The position numbers and the translations under genes are program-made. A DNA stretch of 64,000 bases, from positions 92,196,001 through 92,260,000 of the forward strand of contig NC_086097.1 of NCBI RefSeq assembly GCF_963921235.1. The letters run 5' to 3'. The stretch's first letter is position 1. The number at the start of each line of letters is the position of its first letter. Source of the DNA: Mobula hypostoma. Taxonomy: Eukaryota. The notes under the pieces were generated by a model that worked only from the letters and a program-made list of their open reading frames with translations, did not search any database and had not been told where the DNA came from. This document shows, one piece after another, positions 50,067-62,690 of the stretch.

Positions 50067-51019
50067 TGGGCTCTGCTAGTCTTTATCTGCAACTTACACA
50101 CAAAAAATACGCAATTCTTATGCTTCACTACCTTAAACCATCACGAGCACTGATGCATTTTCAAAAGAGCTGCCTCATCACACGTAAGAGTGCCATATAC
50201 TTTATTACGTTTGTTATTATTTGGGGATGTGCAAATTAATCCAATTAGTATTTGCAGTTCAATTAAACTCGCTTAGGTAATACTTTTAAATACAATTCTC
50301 GAACTCAAGAACTTCTGAAAATATTTTATAGGATATATGGGTCAGGAGGAGATGTCTCTTTCCAGAGACCAATATCAAAGGGGTTTCATCTGTTTCTTAA
50401 GATTTTTGGTGAACATATATCCAGAACTTGAAAAAAAAATTAAATAATTTAAAATACATTATTTAAAACCACATTCAACACCTTTTTTTTCAAATTCACT
50501 TGTTTGTGGCTGATGTTCACTGCTTCCAGCAGAGGATTTCAGTCAGAGCTTCCATTTAAAGTTGTGCCTGTAAATCTGGACATACATGGAGTATTGGGAA
50601 AATTTACTTTGGGTTGGGGGGGGGCAGTTATTAGCATGGTTTTCAGACTGTTTGTTACATTAAAACACGGCCCGTCGTATTTTCCACCATGGCTATTTAC
50701 AGAATCTGCAACATGCATCGTTGATGCCAGGATTTTTTGAAAGTGCCCTGTAGCCTTTTAAAACAAAAACAATATTGCTCTCCTGGTAGCCATACAACAG
50801 CAGTGTAAAATGTTACCATCAAAGGGAGTGACAGGGAAGGATTGTTTCCTGATCAACTCACTCGCCCTGCCGCAAGTTTGTCAGCTCAAGTTATGTCCCA
50901 TGAAAAGTGCAGCCCCCACCCGCTGGGAGGTACAGGTTCATCATACTGCAAGAGACGGCGCACTAAAGGAAGGAACTGGCAGCAATACAGAGGTTGTCTG
51001 CAACGGAGGGTTCTAGTTA

Positions 51020-51525
51020 TAATGAGAGGTTGGTTAAGCTGGGTTTATTCTCACAGTAATTCAAGAAGTTGAGAGGAGAACCTGTAGAGGTTTATTACAT
51101 TATGAGGGGTACAAGTCGGATAGAGTCTTTCTCTCAGGCCCAGGAGTTTAGAACAGGAGACTACAGATGTTGTACTCTGGAGCAAAAAAATGATATCCTC
51201 CAGCGGGTTGTCGTTTTTGTACAAGAACTGCATGGCAAGGATGTCCTTTACATTCCTCTCCTTTTGCAAACAGAATTTGAGGAATATCTGAGGGATAGGT
51301 TTTCCCACACAGAGGGTGGTAAATGTCTGGACTAAGCTGCCAGAGAAGGCAGATACAATTACGAGCTTTAAGAGACATTTGAACAGTTTATAGTAAGGAG
51401 AGCCAGTGAGGGATACAAACTTAATGTGGGAAAATGGGATTAGCATACAAAGGCATCACAGTCAGCATGGGGCAAGGTGGGCTGAAAGATTCCATTTCTG
51501 TGCTGCATGTCTGCATGATTCTGTG
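51020..51525 (+). mobile_element. CR1 3' fragment, old
   Basis: LRGE..EVY.IMRG..R motif and a CR1-type 3' UTR. Confidence 0.6.
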
Positions 51526-51977
51526 GCCCATGATAAAATCCAGCCCATTAATTCTTCCCCCTAACCTTTTCCATGGTCAGGGTTTCTCCAAGTTTCACAC
51601 ACAGAACCACATCCTTGGTTCCATTCTGGCAATCGGGTAACAGCAGCCCTTCCAGTGCTTTTGACTTCCCAAAACAGAGTGCCACACCAATGCATGTACA
51701 GGTTTAGGACAACATTGTTGCTGTGGTATTTTGTACCTCAACTTGTGTAATATTTTTCATTATTATTAGATTATTATCACATATACCAAGGTAGAGTGAA
51801 AACCTTGTCTTGCAAAATGTTATTACAGACCAATTCATTACATAGTACATTAAGGTAGCACAAAGTTAAACAATAGCAATGCAGAATAAAGAGTCCCAGC
51901 TACAAGGGAAGCCAAGTAAAGAATAAGACACAGGATAATAACGAGTAAGATTGTGAGATTGAGAGTCCATCTTATTG

Positions 51978-54900
51978 AGAGGACTGATAGAGATACCCGC
52001 ATGGTGTGTTGCCTCCCAGGTGCCAGGGTACGGGATGTCTCCGATCGGGTCCTGAATATTCTAAAGGGGGGGGAGCAGCCAGTTGTCTTGGTCCATGTTG
52101 GTACCAATGACATAGATAGGACAAAGGAGGAGGTCCTGAAGAGAGATTTCCAGGAGTTAGGAAGGAAGCTGAGAAGCAGGACCTCCAGGGTAGTAATCTC
52201 GGGATTGCTACCTGTGCCACGTGGTAGCGAGGGCAAGAATAGTCGGATCAGGCAGATGAATGCGTGGCTGAGAGACTGGTGTAGGGGGCAGGGCTTCAGA
52301 TTCTTCGATAATTGGGATCTCTTCTGGGGGAAGTATGACCTGTTCAAAAAAGACAGGTTACACCGGAACCTGAAGGGGACCAATACCCTGGCGGGAAAGT
52401 TTAATAGAGCTGTTAGGGAGGGTTTAAACTAATTTGGCAGGCGGATTAGAACCGGAATGACAGAGCGGAGGAAGGGGAAACAGAAATAAATCTAAGATAG
52501 TGAGCAGTAAAGTTGTCAAGAAAGACAGGCAGGTGATGGGGCAAATTTGTAGCCATTGGGATGAGTTGCAGTGAAATCAAAGAGAAAAGTATCAAATACT
52601 GGTCTTAAGGTGTTATACTTAAATGCACGCAGCATAAGGAATAAAGTGGATGATCTTGTCGTACAGCTACAGATTGGCAGGTATGATATTGTGGCCATCA
52701 CTGAGTCCTGGCTAAAGGATGCATGTCTCTGGGAGCTGAACGTCTAAGGATACACGGTGTATCGGAAGGATAGGAAGGTAGGCAGAGGGGGAGGTGTGGC
52801 TTTATTGGTAAGAAATGATATTAAATCATTAGAAAGAGGTGATATAGGATTGGAAGGTGCAGAATCTTTATGGGTTGAGCTAAGAAATAGCAGGGGGTAA
52901 AAGGACCCTGATTGCAGTTATTTATAGGCCTCCAAACAGCTGCAGGGATGTGGACTACAAATTACAACTGGAAATAGAAAAGGCTTGTCAGAAGGGCAGT
53001 GTTATGATAATTCTGGGGATTTTAACATGCGTGTGGATCGGGAAAATCAGGTCGGCACTGGATCTCAAGAGAGAGAATTTGTAGAATGTCTGCGAGATGG
53101 CTTTTTAGAACAGCTTGTTGTTGAGCCCACTAGGGGATCGGCTGTACTGGATTGGGTATTGTGTAATGAACCGGAGGTGATTAGAGAGATTGAGGTGAAG
53201 GAACCCTTAGGAGGCAGTGACCATAACATGATTGAGTTCACTGTGAAATTTGAAAAAGAGAAGCCGAAATCTAATGTGTCAGTATTTCAGTGGAGTAAAG
53301 GAAATTACAGTGGCATGAGAGAGGAACTGGCCAAAGTTGACTGGAAAGGGACACTGGGAGGAAGGACGGCAGAGCAGCAGTGGCTGGAGTTTATGCGAGA
53401 AGTGAGGAAGGTGCAAGACAGGTATATTCCAAAAAAGAAGAAATTTTCAAGTGGAAAAAGGATGCAACCGTGGTTGACAAGAGAAGTCAAAGCCAAAGTT
53501 AAAGCAAAGGAGAGGGCATACAAGGAAGCAAAAATTAGTGGGAAGACAGAGGATTGGGAAGTTTTTAAAACCTTACAGAAGGAAACCAAGAAGGTCATTA
53601 AGAGGGAAAAGATTAACTATGAAAGGAAGCTAGCAAATAATACCAAAGAGGATACTTAAATGCAAACAACAGGAATTCTGCAGATGCTGGAAATTCAAGC
53701 AACACACATCAAAGTTGCTGGTGAACACAGCAGGCCAAGCAGCATCTGTAGGAAGAGGTGCAGTCGACATTTCAGGCCGAGACCCTTCGTCAGTCCTGAC
53801 AAAGAGTCTTGGCCTGAAACGTCGACTGCACCTCTTCCTACAGATGCTGCTTGGCCTGCTGCATTCACCAGCAACTTTGATGTGTGTTGCAAAGAGGATA
53901 CTAAAAGCTTTTTCAAGTATATAAAGAGTAAAAGACAGGTGAGAGTAGGACCGATAGAAAATGATGCTGGAGAAATTGTAATGGGAGATAAGGAGATGGC
54001 AGAGGAACTGAACGAGTATTTTGCATCAGTCTTCACTGAGGAAGACATCAGCAGTATACCGGACACTCAAGGGTGGCAGGGAAGAGAAGTGTGCGCAGTC
54101 ACAATTATGACAGAGAAAGTACTCAGGAAGCTGAATAGTCTAAAGGTAGATAAATCTCCTGGACCAGATGGAATGCACCCTCGTGTTCTGAAGGAAGTAG
54201 CTGTGGAGATTGCGGAGGCATTAGTGATGATCTTTCAAAAGTCGATAGATTCTGGCATGGTTCCGGAGGACTGGAAGATTGCAAATGTCACTCCGTTATT
54301 TAAGAAGGGGGCAAGGAAGCAAAAAGGAAATTATAGACCTGTTAGCTTGGCATCCGTGGTTGGGAAGTTGTTGGAGTCGATTGTCAAGGATGAGGTTACA
54401 GAGTACCTGGAGGCATATGACAAGATAGGCAGAACTCAGCATGGATTCCTTAAAGAAAAATCCTGCCTGACAAACCTATTACAATTTTTTGAGGAAATTA
54501 CCAGCAGGCTAGACAAGGGAGATGCAGTGGATGTTGTATATTTGGATTTTCAGAAGGCCTTTGACAAGGTGCCACACATGAGGCTACTTAACAAGATAAG
54601 AGCCCATGGAATTACAGGAAAGTTACATACGTGGATAGAGCATTGGCTGATTGGCAGGAAACAGAGAGTGGGAATAAAGGGATCCTATTCTGGTTGGCTG
54701 CCAGTTACCAGTGTTGTTCCACAGGGGTCCGTGTTGGGGCCGCTTCTTTTTACATTGTACATCAACGATTTGGATTACAGAATAGATGGCTTTGTGGCTA
54801 AGTTTGCTGACGATACGAAGATAGGTGGAGGGGCCGGTAGTGCTGAGGAAACGGAGAGTCTGCAAAGAGACTTGGATAGATTGGAAGAATGGGCAGAGAA

Positions 54901-55712
54901 GTGGCAAATGAAGTATAATGTTGGAAAGTGTATGGTTATGCACTTTGGCAGAAGAAATAAATGGGCAGACTATTATTGAAATGGGGAGAGAATTCAAAGT
55001 TCTGAGATGCAACGGGACTTGGGAGTCCTCGTACAGGATACCCTTAAAGTTAACCTCCAGGTTGAGTCAGTAGTGAAGAAGGCGAATGCAATGTTGGCAT
55101 TCATTTCTAGAGGAATAGAGTATAGGAGCAGGGATGTGATGTTGAGGCTCTATAAGGTGCTGGTGAGACCTCACTTGGAGTACTGTGGGTAGTTTTGGTC
55201 TCCTTTTTTCAGAAAGGATGTGCTGACGTTGGAGAGGGTGCAGAGAAGATTCACTAGAACGATTCCAGGAATGAGAGGGTTAACATATGAGGAATGTTTG
55301 TCCGCTCTTGGACTGTATTCCTTGGAGTTTAGAAGAATGAGGGGAGACCTCATAGAAACATTTTGAATGTTGAAAGGCATGGACAGAGTGGATGTGGCAA
55401 AGTTATTTCCCATCATGGGGGAGTCTAGTACGAGAGGGCATGACTTAAGGATTCAGAACAGAAATGCGAAGAAATTTTTTTAGTCAGAGGGTGGTGAATC
55501 TATGGAATTTGTTGCCACGGGCAGCAGTGGAGGCCAAGTCATTGGGTGTATTTAAGGCAGAGATTGATAGGTATCTGAGTAGCCAGGGCATCAAAGGTTA
55601 TGGTGAGAAGGCAGGGGAGTGTGTCTAAATGGGAGAATGGATCAGCTCATGATAAAATGGCGGAGCAGACTTGATAGGCCGAATGGCCGACTTCTGCTCC
55701 TTTCTCTTATGG
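51978..55712 (+). mobile_element. CR1 LINE: ORF1 esterase C-terminus plus complete but disrupted ORF2
   Basis: HVGTND and D.LH (SGNH); YLNARSI, GDFN and SDH (APE); FADD (RT); 8-bp TSD TCTTATTG (51970-51977, 55713-55720). Confidence 0.95.
53657..53889 (+). mobile_element. Hammerhead-bearing fold-back insertion inside CR1 ORF2
   Basis: 13-bp TSD CAAAGAGGATACT (53644-53656, 53890-53902); near-perfect palindrome ~53698-53890; motif 53791-53828(+) and 53761-53793(-). Confidence 0.92.
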
Positions 55713-56689
55713 TCTTATTGTCCTAAGGAACCATTCAGTGGTCTTATAACCACTGGATAGAAGTTGTCCTTTAGCCTAGCTGTATGTGCCTTTAGGCTTC
55801 TGAATCTTCTGCCCATTGGAAGAGGAGAGAAGAGAGGATGTCCGGGGTGGATGGGATCTTTGATCATGCTGGTTGCCTTACAGGGGCAGTAAGTGTAGAA
55901 AAGTTTCGACACTTTCAACTCTACAACATTCTTGGATGTTCTTGGCTTTATATATTACTTATCTTTATTTACTTATTGCATTTGCTCATATTATCTTTTG
56001 CACATTAGTTGTTTGTCAGTCTTAATTCATGTGTGATTTTACATTGATTCTATTGTATTTCTTTGTTCTACTGTAAATAACTACAAGAGAATGAATCTCA
56101 GGTTAGTATATGGTGACATCTACGCACTTTGATAATAAATTTACTTTGAAATTTGAAGAAAAGGCAGGGCTGAACTGGAGGTCAAACACATTGTGGCGTT
56201 TTCAGATTATCTGTCCCTTAGCTCTAATTTTTGAATGTGAAAAAATATTCAGAGGTTTTACTTTACTTTGAACTTTGACAAGCCCATGGAGGGGAGGCTG
56301 GTTTGCGTGATGTGCTGAGCTCTGTACAGTTTCTAGTAGTCACTTTTAGAGAAGATGCCCAACCAAGTCCTGAAATATCAAGATAGGATGCATTTTCTCA
56401 TGGATCAATTAAAATTCCTAAGGATAGATAGGGCCATGGCAAGTTTCATTAACTTCTTGAGGAAAAAGAGCCATTGGTAGCTTTCTTGACCATATCGTCT
56501 ACATGATTGGACCAGGACAAGCAATCTGTGATTTTAACACCCAGGAGCTTAACTCTCTCAACCTCTGCACCATTGATGTAGACAGATGTAGGTGCATTGC
56601 CCCCTTCCTGAAGTCCATGACCAGCCCTTTTGTTTTGGTGACAGACAGTTGGAATATTATGTTTCAACTTTACATATTGACACCACACT

Positions 56690-57165
56690 ATTGAATATAA
56701 TTGCACTTGTGAGAATGCAAAGGAGATTCACCAAGGTGTTATGTAGATTTGAAGGACTTTGGTTATTGGGAGAGATTGGATAGGCTGTGCTTGTTTCTCA
56801 TTTTTGAAGGAGACAGAGACGATCTGAATTATATAGGATTATAAAAGGGTTGATAGTCAAAATTGTTTTCCTATGTTATGGACATTGAGAATAAGGCGGC
56901 CTGGGTTCAAGCTGAGAGGAACTTGAAAGGGGCAAGTGCTTTTTTAAAAAAAATATTTATAACAGACTAGCTTCCAGTGGTGATGGTTGAATCATATCCA
57001 ATTACTATGTTTATGATACATTTACACAGACACTTAAATAGGCAAGGCTTAGAAAGATATGGTCCTAATGTGAACAAATGGGATTAATGCAGATGGTCAA
57101 AAAAGGCCAGAATGTGATTTGCCGAAGGGCCCGTTTCTGTGCTCTACCACTCCATGACTCTATAA
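56690..57165 (+). mobile_element. CR1 3' fragment, old
   Basis: QRRFTK motif and CCATGACTCTAT tail. Confidence 0.6.
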
Positions 57166-57350
57166 CTCTTAAAACCCAGGTTGGTCATGTGAAACTTTGT
57201 AACAAACTTCTCAATTTCTTCTGAAATATCCATAGAGTAAAACCATTTCAAGAACCAAAGAACAGTGATCGGGTATAGCAGAAGAAGTGGACCGTTGTCC
57301 CACCTTGTCTGTGCTATCCAAGATGACAAATTAAACTAATTCTATTCTTC

Positions 57351-60300
57351 GGCAGTTGAACGGGGTATGACTGCACAAGCGCGTGAAAGTCGGACCATGA
57401 GGCAGTGGGAGAGTTTAAAAGTGAGAAGATTAACGGAGCGGGCGACAGAGTAGGGGGAGACAGAGTAGGAAGGCTTTGGCTCGAGAGGCTTCGGCGAGCA
57501 GAGGCTGAGGACAAGATTTACTCCGTGAGATAAGGCCAGGTAAGTTCCTTTAATTAATCTAATTAATTTAGGAGTAGGTAATGGAGGCAGCAGTTAGGGC
57601 AGTTGAGTGCTCTGTTTGCAGGATGTGGGAAGTCAGGGCGAGGACAATCATCCCTGATGACTACACCTGTAAAAGGTGCATCCAGCTGCAGCTCCTGACA
57701 AACCAAGTTAGGGAACTGGAGCTGGAGTTAGATGAACTTCGGATCATTCAGGAGGCAGAGGCAGAAATAAATAGGAGTTACAGGGAGATAGTCACCCCTA
57801 AGAGTCAGGAGACAGATAGCTGGGTGACTGTCAGGAGAGGGAAGGGGAATAGACAGAATGAGCAGAGCACCCCTGTGGCCGATCCCACCAATAATAAGTA
57901 TATCATTTTGGATACCATTGGTGGGGACGACCTACCAGGGACAAGTTGTGGTGGTTGTGTCTCTGGCATCAAGACGGGACCCTCAGCTCAGAAGGGAAGG
58001 AGGGAAAAGAGGAGAGCAGTAGTGATAGGGGATTGGGTACTTAGGGGGACAGATAAGAGGTTCTGTGGAAGAGATCGAGAATCCCGGATGGTCTGTTGCC
58101 TCCCTGGTGCCATGGTCCACGATATCTCGGATCGAGTTCTCAGTATTCTCAAGAGGGAGGGTGAGCAGCCGGATGTCGTGGTCCATGTAGGGACCAATGA
58201 CATGGGTAGGGAGAGTGAGGAGGTCCTGAAAGGTGAGTTTAGGAAGTTAGGGGCCAAGTTAAAGGACTGGACCTCCAGGATAGCAACCTCAGGATTGCTA
58301 CCAGTGCCACGTGCAGGCGGGTTTAGAAATAGTAAGATAGCACAGATCAACACATGGCTGAAGACATGGTGCAGGAGGGAGGGCTTCAGATTTATAGATA
58401 ATTGGGCAGTTTTCCAGGGAAGGTGGGACCTGTTCCGGCAGGACAGTTTACATCTGAACTGGAGGGGGACAAATATTCTTGCAGGTAGGTTTCTTAGAGA
58501 GTCTCCAGTGGACTTAAACTAGATACTGGGGGAGGGGAACCAGAGTGTTGGAAAAGATGTAGGAGAGAAGGAAGGAAAAGAAAATAGTGGAGTTGTTTGC
58601 ACCGTTAGTGATAAACAGAGAGTAAGAGGGGAAAATTTTCTTAAATGCATTTATCTTAATGCTAGGAGCATTATAAGAAAGGTGGATGAGCTTACAGCAT
58701 GGATTGATACCTGGAAGTATGATGTGGTAGCTATTAATGAAACATGGTTGCAGGAGAGGTGTGATTGGCAACTAAATATTCCTGGATTTCGTTGCTTCAG
58801 GTGTGATAGAATTGGAGGGACAAGAGGGGGAGGTGTTGCAATGCTGGTCAGAGAAAATATTACAACGGTGCTCTGGCAGGATAGATTAGAGGGCTTGTCT
58901 AGGGAGGCTATTTTGGTGGAATTGAGGAATGGGAAAGGTGTAGTAACACTTACAGGGGTGTATTATAGACTACCTAATGGAGGAGCAAATTTGTAAGGAG
59001 ATAGCAGATATGTGTAGTATGCACAAGGTTGTGATTGTGCGAGAATAGAGAAATGGAGGTCACTTTAAGGTGAAATTTTGAGGGTAAAGATTCTTCATGT
59101 TCCTGTTAGGTTGAAAGGAAAGGTTAAAAGTTTGAGAGTGCCATGGTTTTCAAGGGATATTGGATACTTGGTTCGGAAAAAGAGAGATATCTACAATAAA
59201 TATAGGCAGCATGGAGTAAATAAGGTGCTAGAGGAATATAAAGGATGTAAAAAGAATCTTAAGAAAGAAATTAGAAAAGCTAAAAGAAGATACGAGGTTG
59301 CTTTGCAGGTAAGGTGAAAATAAATCCAAAGGGTTTCTACAGTTATATTAATAGAAAAAGGATAGTGAGGGATAAAATTGGTCCCTTAGAGAATCAGAGT
59401 GGACAGCTATGTGTGGAACCAAAAGAGATGGGGGAGATTTTGAACAATTTCTTTTCTTCGGTATTCACTAAGGAGAAGGATGTTGAATTAAGGGAAACAG
59501 GTAGGGAAGTTATGACAACTATGATGATTAAAGAAGAGGAAGTACTGGCACTTTTAAGGAATATAAAAGTGGATAAGTCTCCGGGTCCTGACAGGATATT
59601 CCCTAGGACCTTGAGGGAAGTTAGTGTGGAAATAGCAGGGGCTCTGACAGAAATATTTCAAATGTCATAAGAAATGGGGATGGTTCCAGAGGATTGGCAT
59701 ATTGCTCATGTTGTTCCATTGTTTAAAAAGTGTTCTAAGAGTAAACCTAGCAATTATCGGCCTGTGAGTTTGACGTCTGTGGGGGTAAATTGATGGAAAA
59801 GTATTCTTAGAGATGGTATATATAATCATCTGGATAGACAGGGCCTGATTAGGAACAGTCAACATGGATTTGTGCATGGAAGGTCATATTTGACAAATCT
59901 TATTGAATTTTTTGAAGAGGTTACGAGGAAAGTTGATGAGGGTAGAGCGGTGGATGTTGTCTATATGGACTTCAATAAGGCCTTTGACAAGGTTCCAGAC
60001 GGAAGGTTAGTTAGGAAGGTTCAATCATTAGGTATTAATATTGAAGTAATAAAATGGATTCAGCAGTGGCTGGATGGGAGACGCCAGAGAGTAGTGGTGG
60101 ATAACTGTTTGTCAGATTGGAGGCTGGTGACTAGTGGTGTGGCTTAGGGATCTGTACTGGGTCCAATACTGTTTATCATATTAATTAATGATCTGGATGA
60201 TGGGGTGGTAAATTGGATTAGTAAGTATGCAGATGATTCTAAGATAGGTGGCATTGCGGATAATGAAGTAGGTTTTCAAAGCTTGCAGAGAGATTTAGAC

Positions 60301-61143
60301 CAGTTAGAAGAGTGGGCTGAAAGATGGTAGATGGAGTTTAATGCTGATAAATGTGAGGTGCTACATTTTGGTAGGACTGATCAAAATAGGACATACATGG
60401 TAAATGGTAGGGCATTGAAGAATGCAGTAGAACAGAGGGATTTAGGAATAATGGTGCATAGTTCCCTGAAGGTGGAATCTCATGTGGATATGGTGGTGAA
60501 GAAAGCTTTTGGTATGCTGGCCTTAATAAATCAGAGCATTGAGTGTAGGAGTTGGGATGTATATGTTAAAATTGTACAAGGCATTGGTAAGGCCAAATTT
60601 GGAGTATTGTGTACAGTTCTGGTCACCAAATTATAGGAAAGATGAAAACAAAATAGAGAGAGTACAGAGAAGATTTACTCGAATGTTACCTGGGTTTCAT
60701 CACCTAAGTTACAGAGAAAGGTTGAACAAGTTAGGTCTTTATTCTTTGGAGCATAGAAGGTTGACAGGGGACTTAATAGAGGTATTTAAAATTATGAGGG
60801 GGATAGATAGAGTTGACGTGGATAGGCTTTTTCCATTGAGAGTCGGGGAGATTCAAACAAGAGGATATGAGTTGAGAGTTAGGGGGCAAAAGTTTAGGGG
60901 TAACATGAGGGGCAACTTCTTTACTCAGAGAGTGGTAGCTGTGTGGAACGAGCTTCCAGCAGAAGTGGTTGAGGCAGGTTCGATGTTGTCACTTAAAGTA
61001 AAATTGGACAGCTATATGGACAGGAAAGGAATGGAGGGTTATGGGCTGAGTGCAGGTCGGTGGGACTAGGTGAGAGTAAGCGTTCGGCACGGACTAGAAG
61101 GGCCAAAATGGCCTGTTTCCGTGCTGTAATTATTATATGGTTA
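57351..61143 (+). mobile_element. Near full-length CR1 LINE (5' UTR, ORF1, disrupted ORF2 with an internal deletion near 59040)
   Basis: CpG-containing 5' UTR, ORF1, APE motifs (YLNARSI, ETW), RT (YADD) and (TATATGGT)-type tail. Confidence 0.93.
57581..58522 (+). CDS. CR1 ORF1p: Zn-finger/leucine zipper plus SGNH esterase-like domain
   Basis: 313-aa ORF with CxxC..CxxC, LELELDEL, VVIGDW, HVGTND and DSLH. Confidence 0.85.
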   Translation: MEAAVRAVECSVCRMWEVRARTIIPDDYTCKRCIQLQLLTNQVRELELELDELRIIQEAEAEINRSYREIVTPKSQETDSWVTVRRGKGNRQNEQSTPVADPTNNKYIILDTIGGDDLPGTSCGGCVSGIKTGPSAQKGRREKRRAVVIGDWVLRGTDKRFCGRDRESRMVCCLPGAMVHDISDRVLSILKREGEQPDVVVHVGTNDMGRESEEVLKGEFRKLGAKLKDWTSRIATSGLLPVPRAGGFRNSKIAQINTWLKTWCRREGFRFIDNWAVFQGRWDLFRQDSLHLNWRGTNILAGRFLRESPVDLN

Positions 61144-61459
61144 TCTGACTATATGTGGTCTCAACCTAACCCCCCACCTTACCGCCCATTCTTCATCTGT
61201 TCTTGTGTCTGCTTCAATGTTGCTAACCTATCTTCTTCCACTACCTCTTTGACGGCACATTCCAAGCACATCTGTGTAAAAGGAACTCCCCTCTTACATT
61301 AAACCTATACCTTCTCATGTTTGACATCCCCACCTGGGAGCAAATTTCAACAGCTAGGGCTGTTAAATCTTTGGAAATCTTTTCCCTCCTTCAATCCTAC
61401 ACTGTTGATCATTTTGTTTAAATGCTTTACGACTGAATATTGGTAACCTTAGTCCCAAC

Positions 61460-62690
61460 CTATGTTCCCTCTAAGCTGTACGCGTGTGCACACGCGCACA
61501 CACGTTTTTCAACCAGCGCACAAAGGAAATTAATGTGCTCAGAAAAGGTTACTTAAAATAATGTAGTAATTAATAATTATACTTATTGAAAATAATCTTT
61601 TAGCTAAATGTTTCTGTTAACTAGTTAGTCAGTTTTTCAAATACTATAATGCAAAGATCTGTTTCGAATCCTGTAGATAGCTTACTGAGTTTTTATTGAA
61701 AAAGATCAGTCAAATGACCCTGTGGCTAAATACTGTCACAAGAAAGTGATAAACATCACATACAAAGTAGCTTTACAGGTCTTAAGTGATGCCTTTGATG
61801 AACTGGCTGCACTGTGCAAGATTCTGCAAAAGAGTGACCTGACATCGATTGATTCACTTCATTTTGCGCGAGGCAAAATTAACAAGATAAGAGAGCAGTA
61901 TCTGGGCGACAATGTTTCGTGGAGTGACAAAGTTAAAGTTTTGCTAAGCCAACAATGTGAAGAAAACATCACAGTAGATACAAGTTCACTGTTGACTTTT
62001 ATAAATAGTCTTTGTGTTCATTTAGAAGAAAGGTTTCCTGAAGATGAGGTTCAAGAATGGTCAGCTTTTGATTCCTCCGCAATTGCAGATTGTGACTTCA
62101 CATTTGGTGATGAGCAAGTTAATGTCTTATGTCTAAAATATCATGATTTTCTAGCTGAAAATACTGTAATAGTTACACAGTTTAATGATTTCAAATTTCC
62201 TGTGCAAGAAAAAATTAAATCCAAACTGATTTCAAACTTTGCTCAAATGGTGGCATTTGTACTTCAAAATGAACAGTTTGCGACCTTGCACAGTTGATAG
62301 ATATTGGGGGAACCTTTCTTGCGTCTAGTGCGGACTGTGAACGAGGTTTTAGCCTAATGAATCAACTCAAAAACAAGCTGAGAAACCGTTTAGGTGAATG
62401 TCATTTGGATATGTTAATGAGAATTAAAAGCTATCAATTGGATGGAAGGATTAGCTTAGAAAGAATGAGTAAATGCCAAAGAGAGGAGAGAGAAAAAAAT
62501 AACTGAGTGACTTAAATATGTATGTTATTTTGTTGTTATTCTGTGCAGTTTTATGTCAAATATTTTGTAGACCTACATAAACTGTGCCATGTGTGCATTC
62601 AGTGCGCACATACTTTTGTCACAGGAAAAAAAACTTGCACAACATAAGATTTTTACACACACTGACTACTAAAAATTAGAGGGAACATTG
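61460..62690 (+). mobile_element. Internally deleted hAT transposon (ZNF862-like C-terminus)
   Basis: TIR CTATGTTCCCTCTAA / TTAGAGGGAACATTG; TCCCAAC on both flanks; SSADCERGFSLMNQLKNKLRNRL dimerisation motif. Confidence 0.88.

Larger units (their letters stand above)
51765..56650 (-). mobile_element. Rex/Babar-like LINE fragment hosting later insertions (pieces ~51765-51977, 55713-55900, 56280-56650)
   Basis: Minus-strand SMIKDPIHPGHPLFSPLPMGRRFRSLKAHTARLKDNFYP and INGAEVERVK.LGV.IT..LSWS.H. Confidence 0.7.

Noticed and set aside
61722..62506. Host ZNF862-like gene
   Set aside because: A C-terminal fragment only, frameshifted and enclosed by TIRs.
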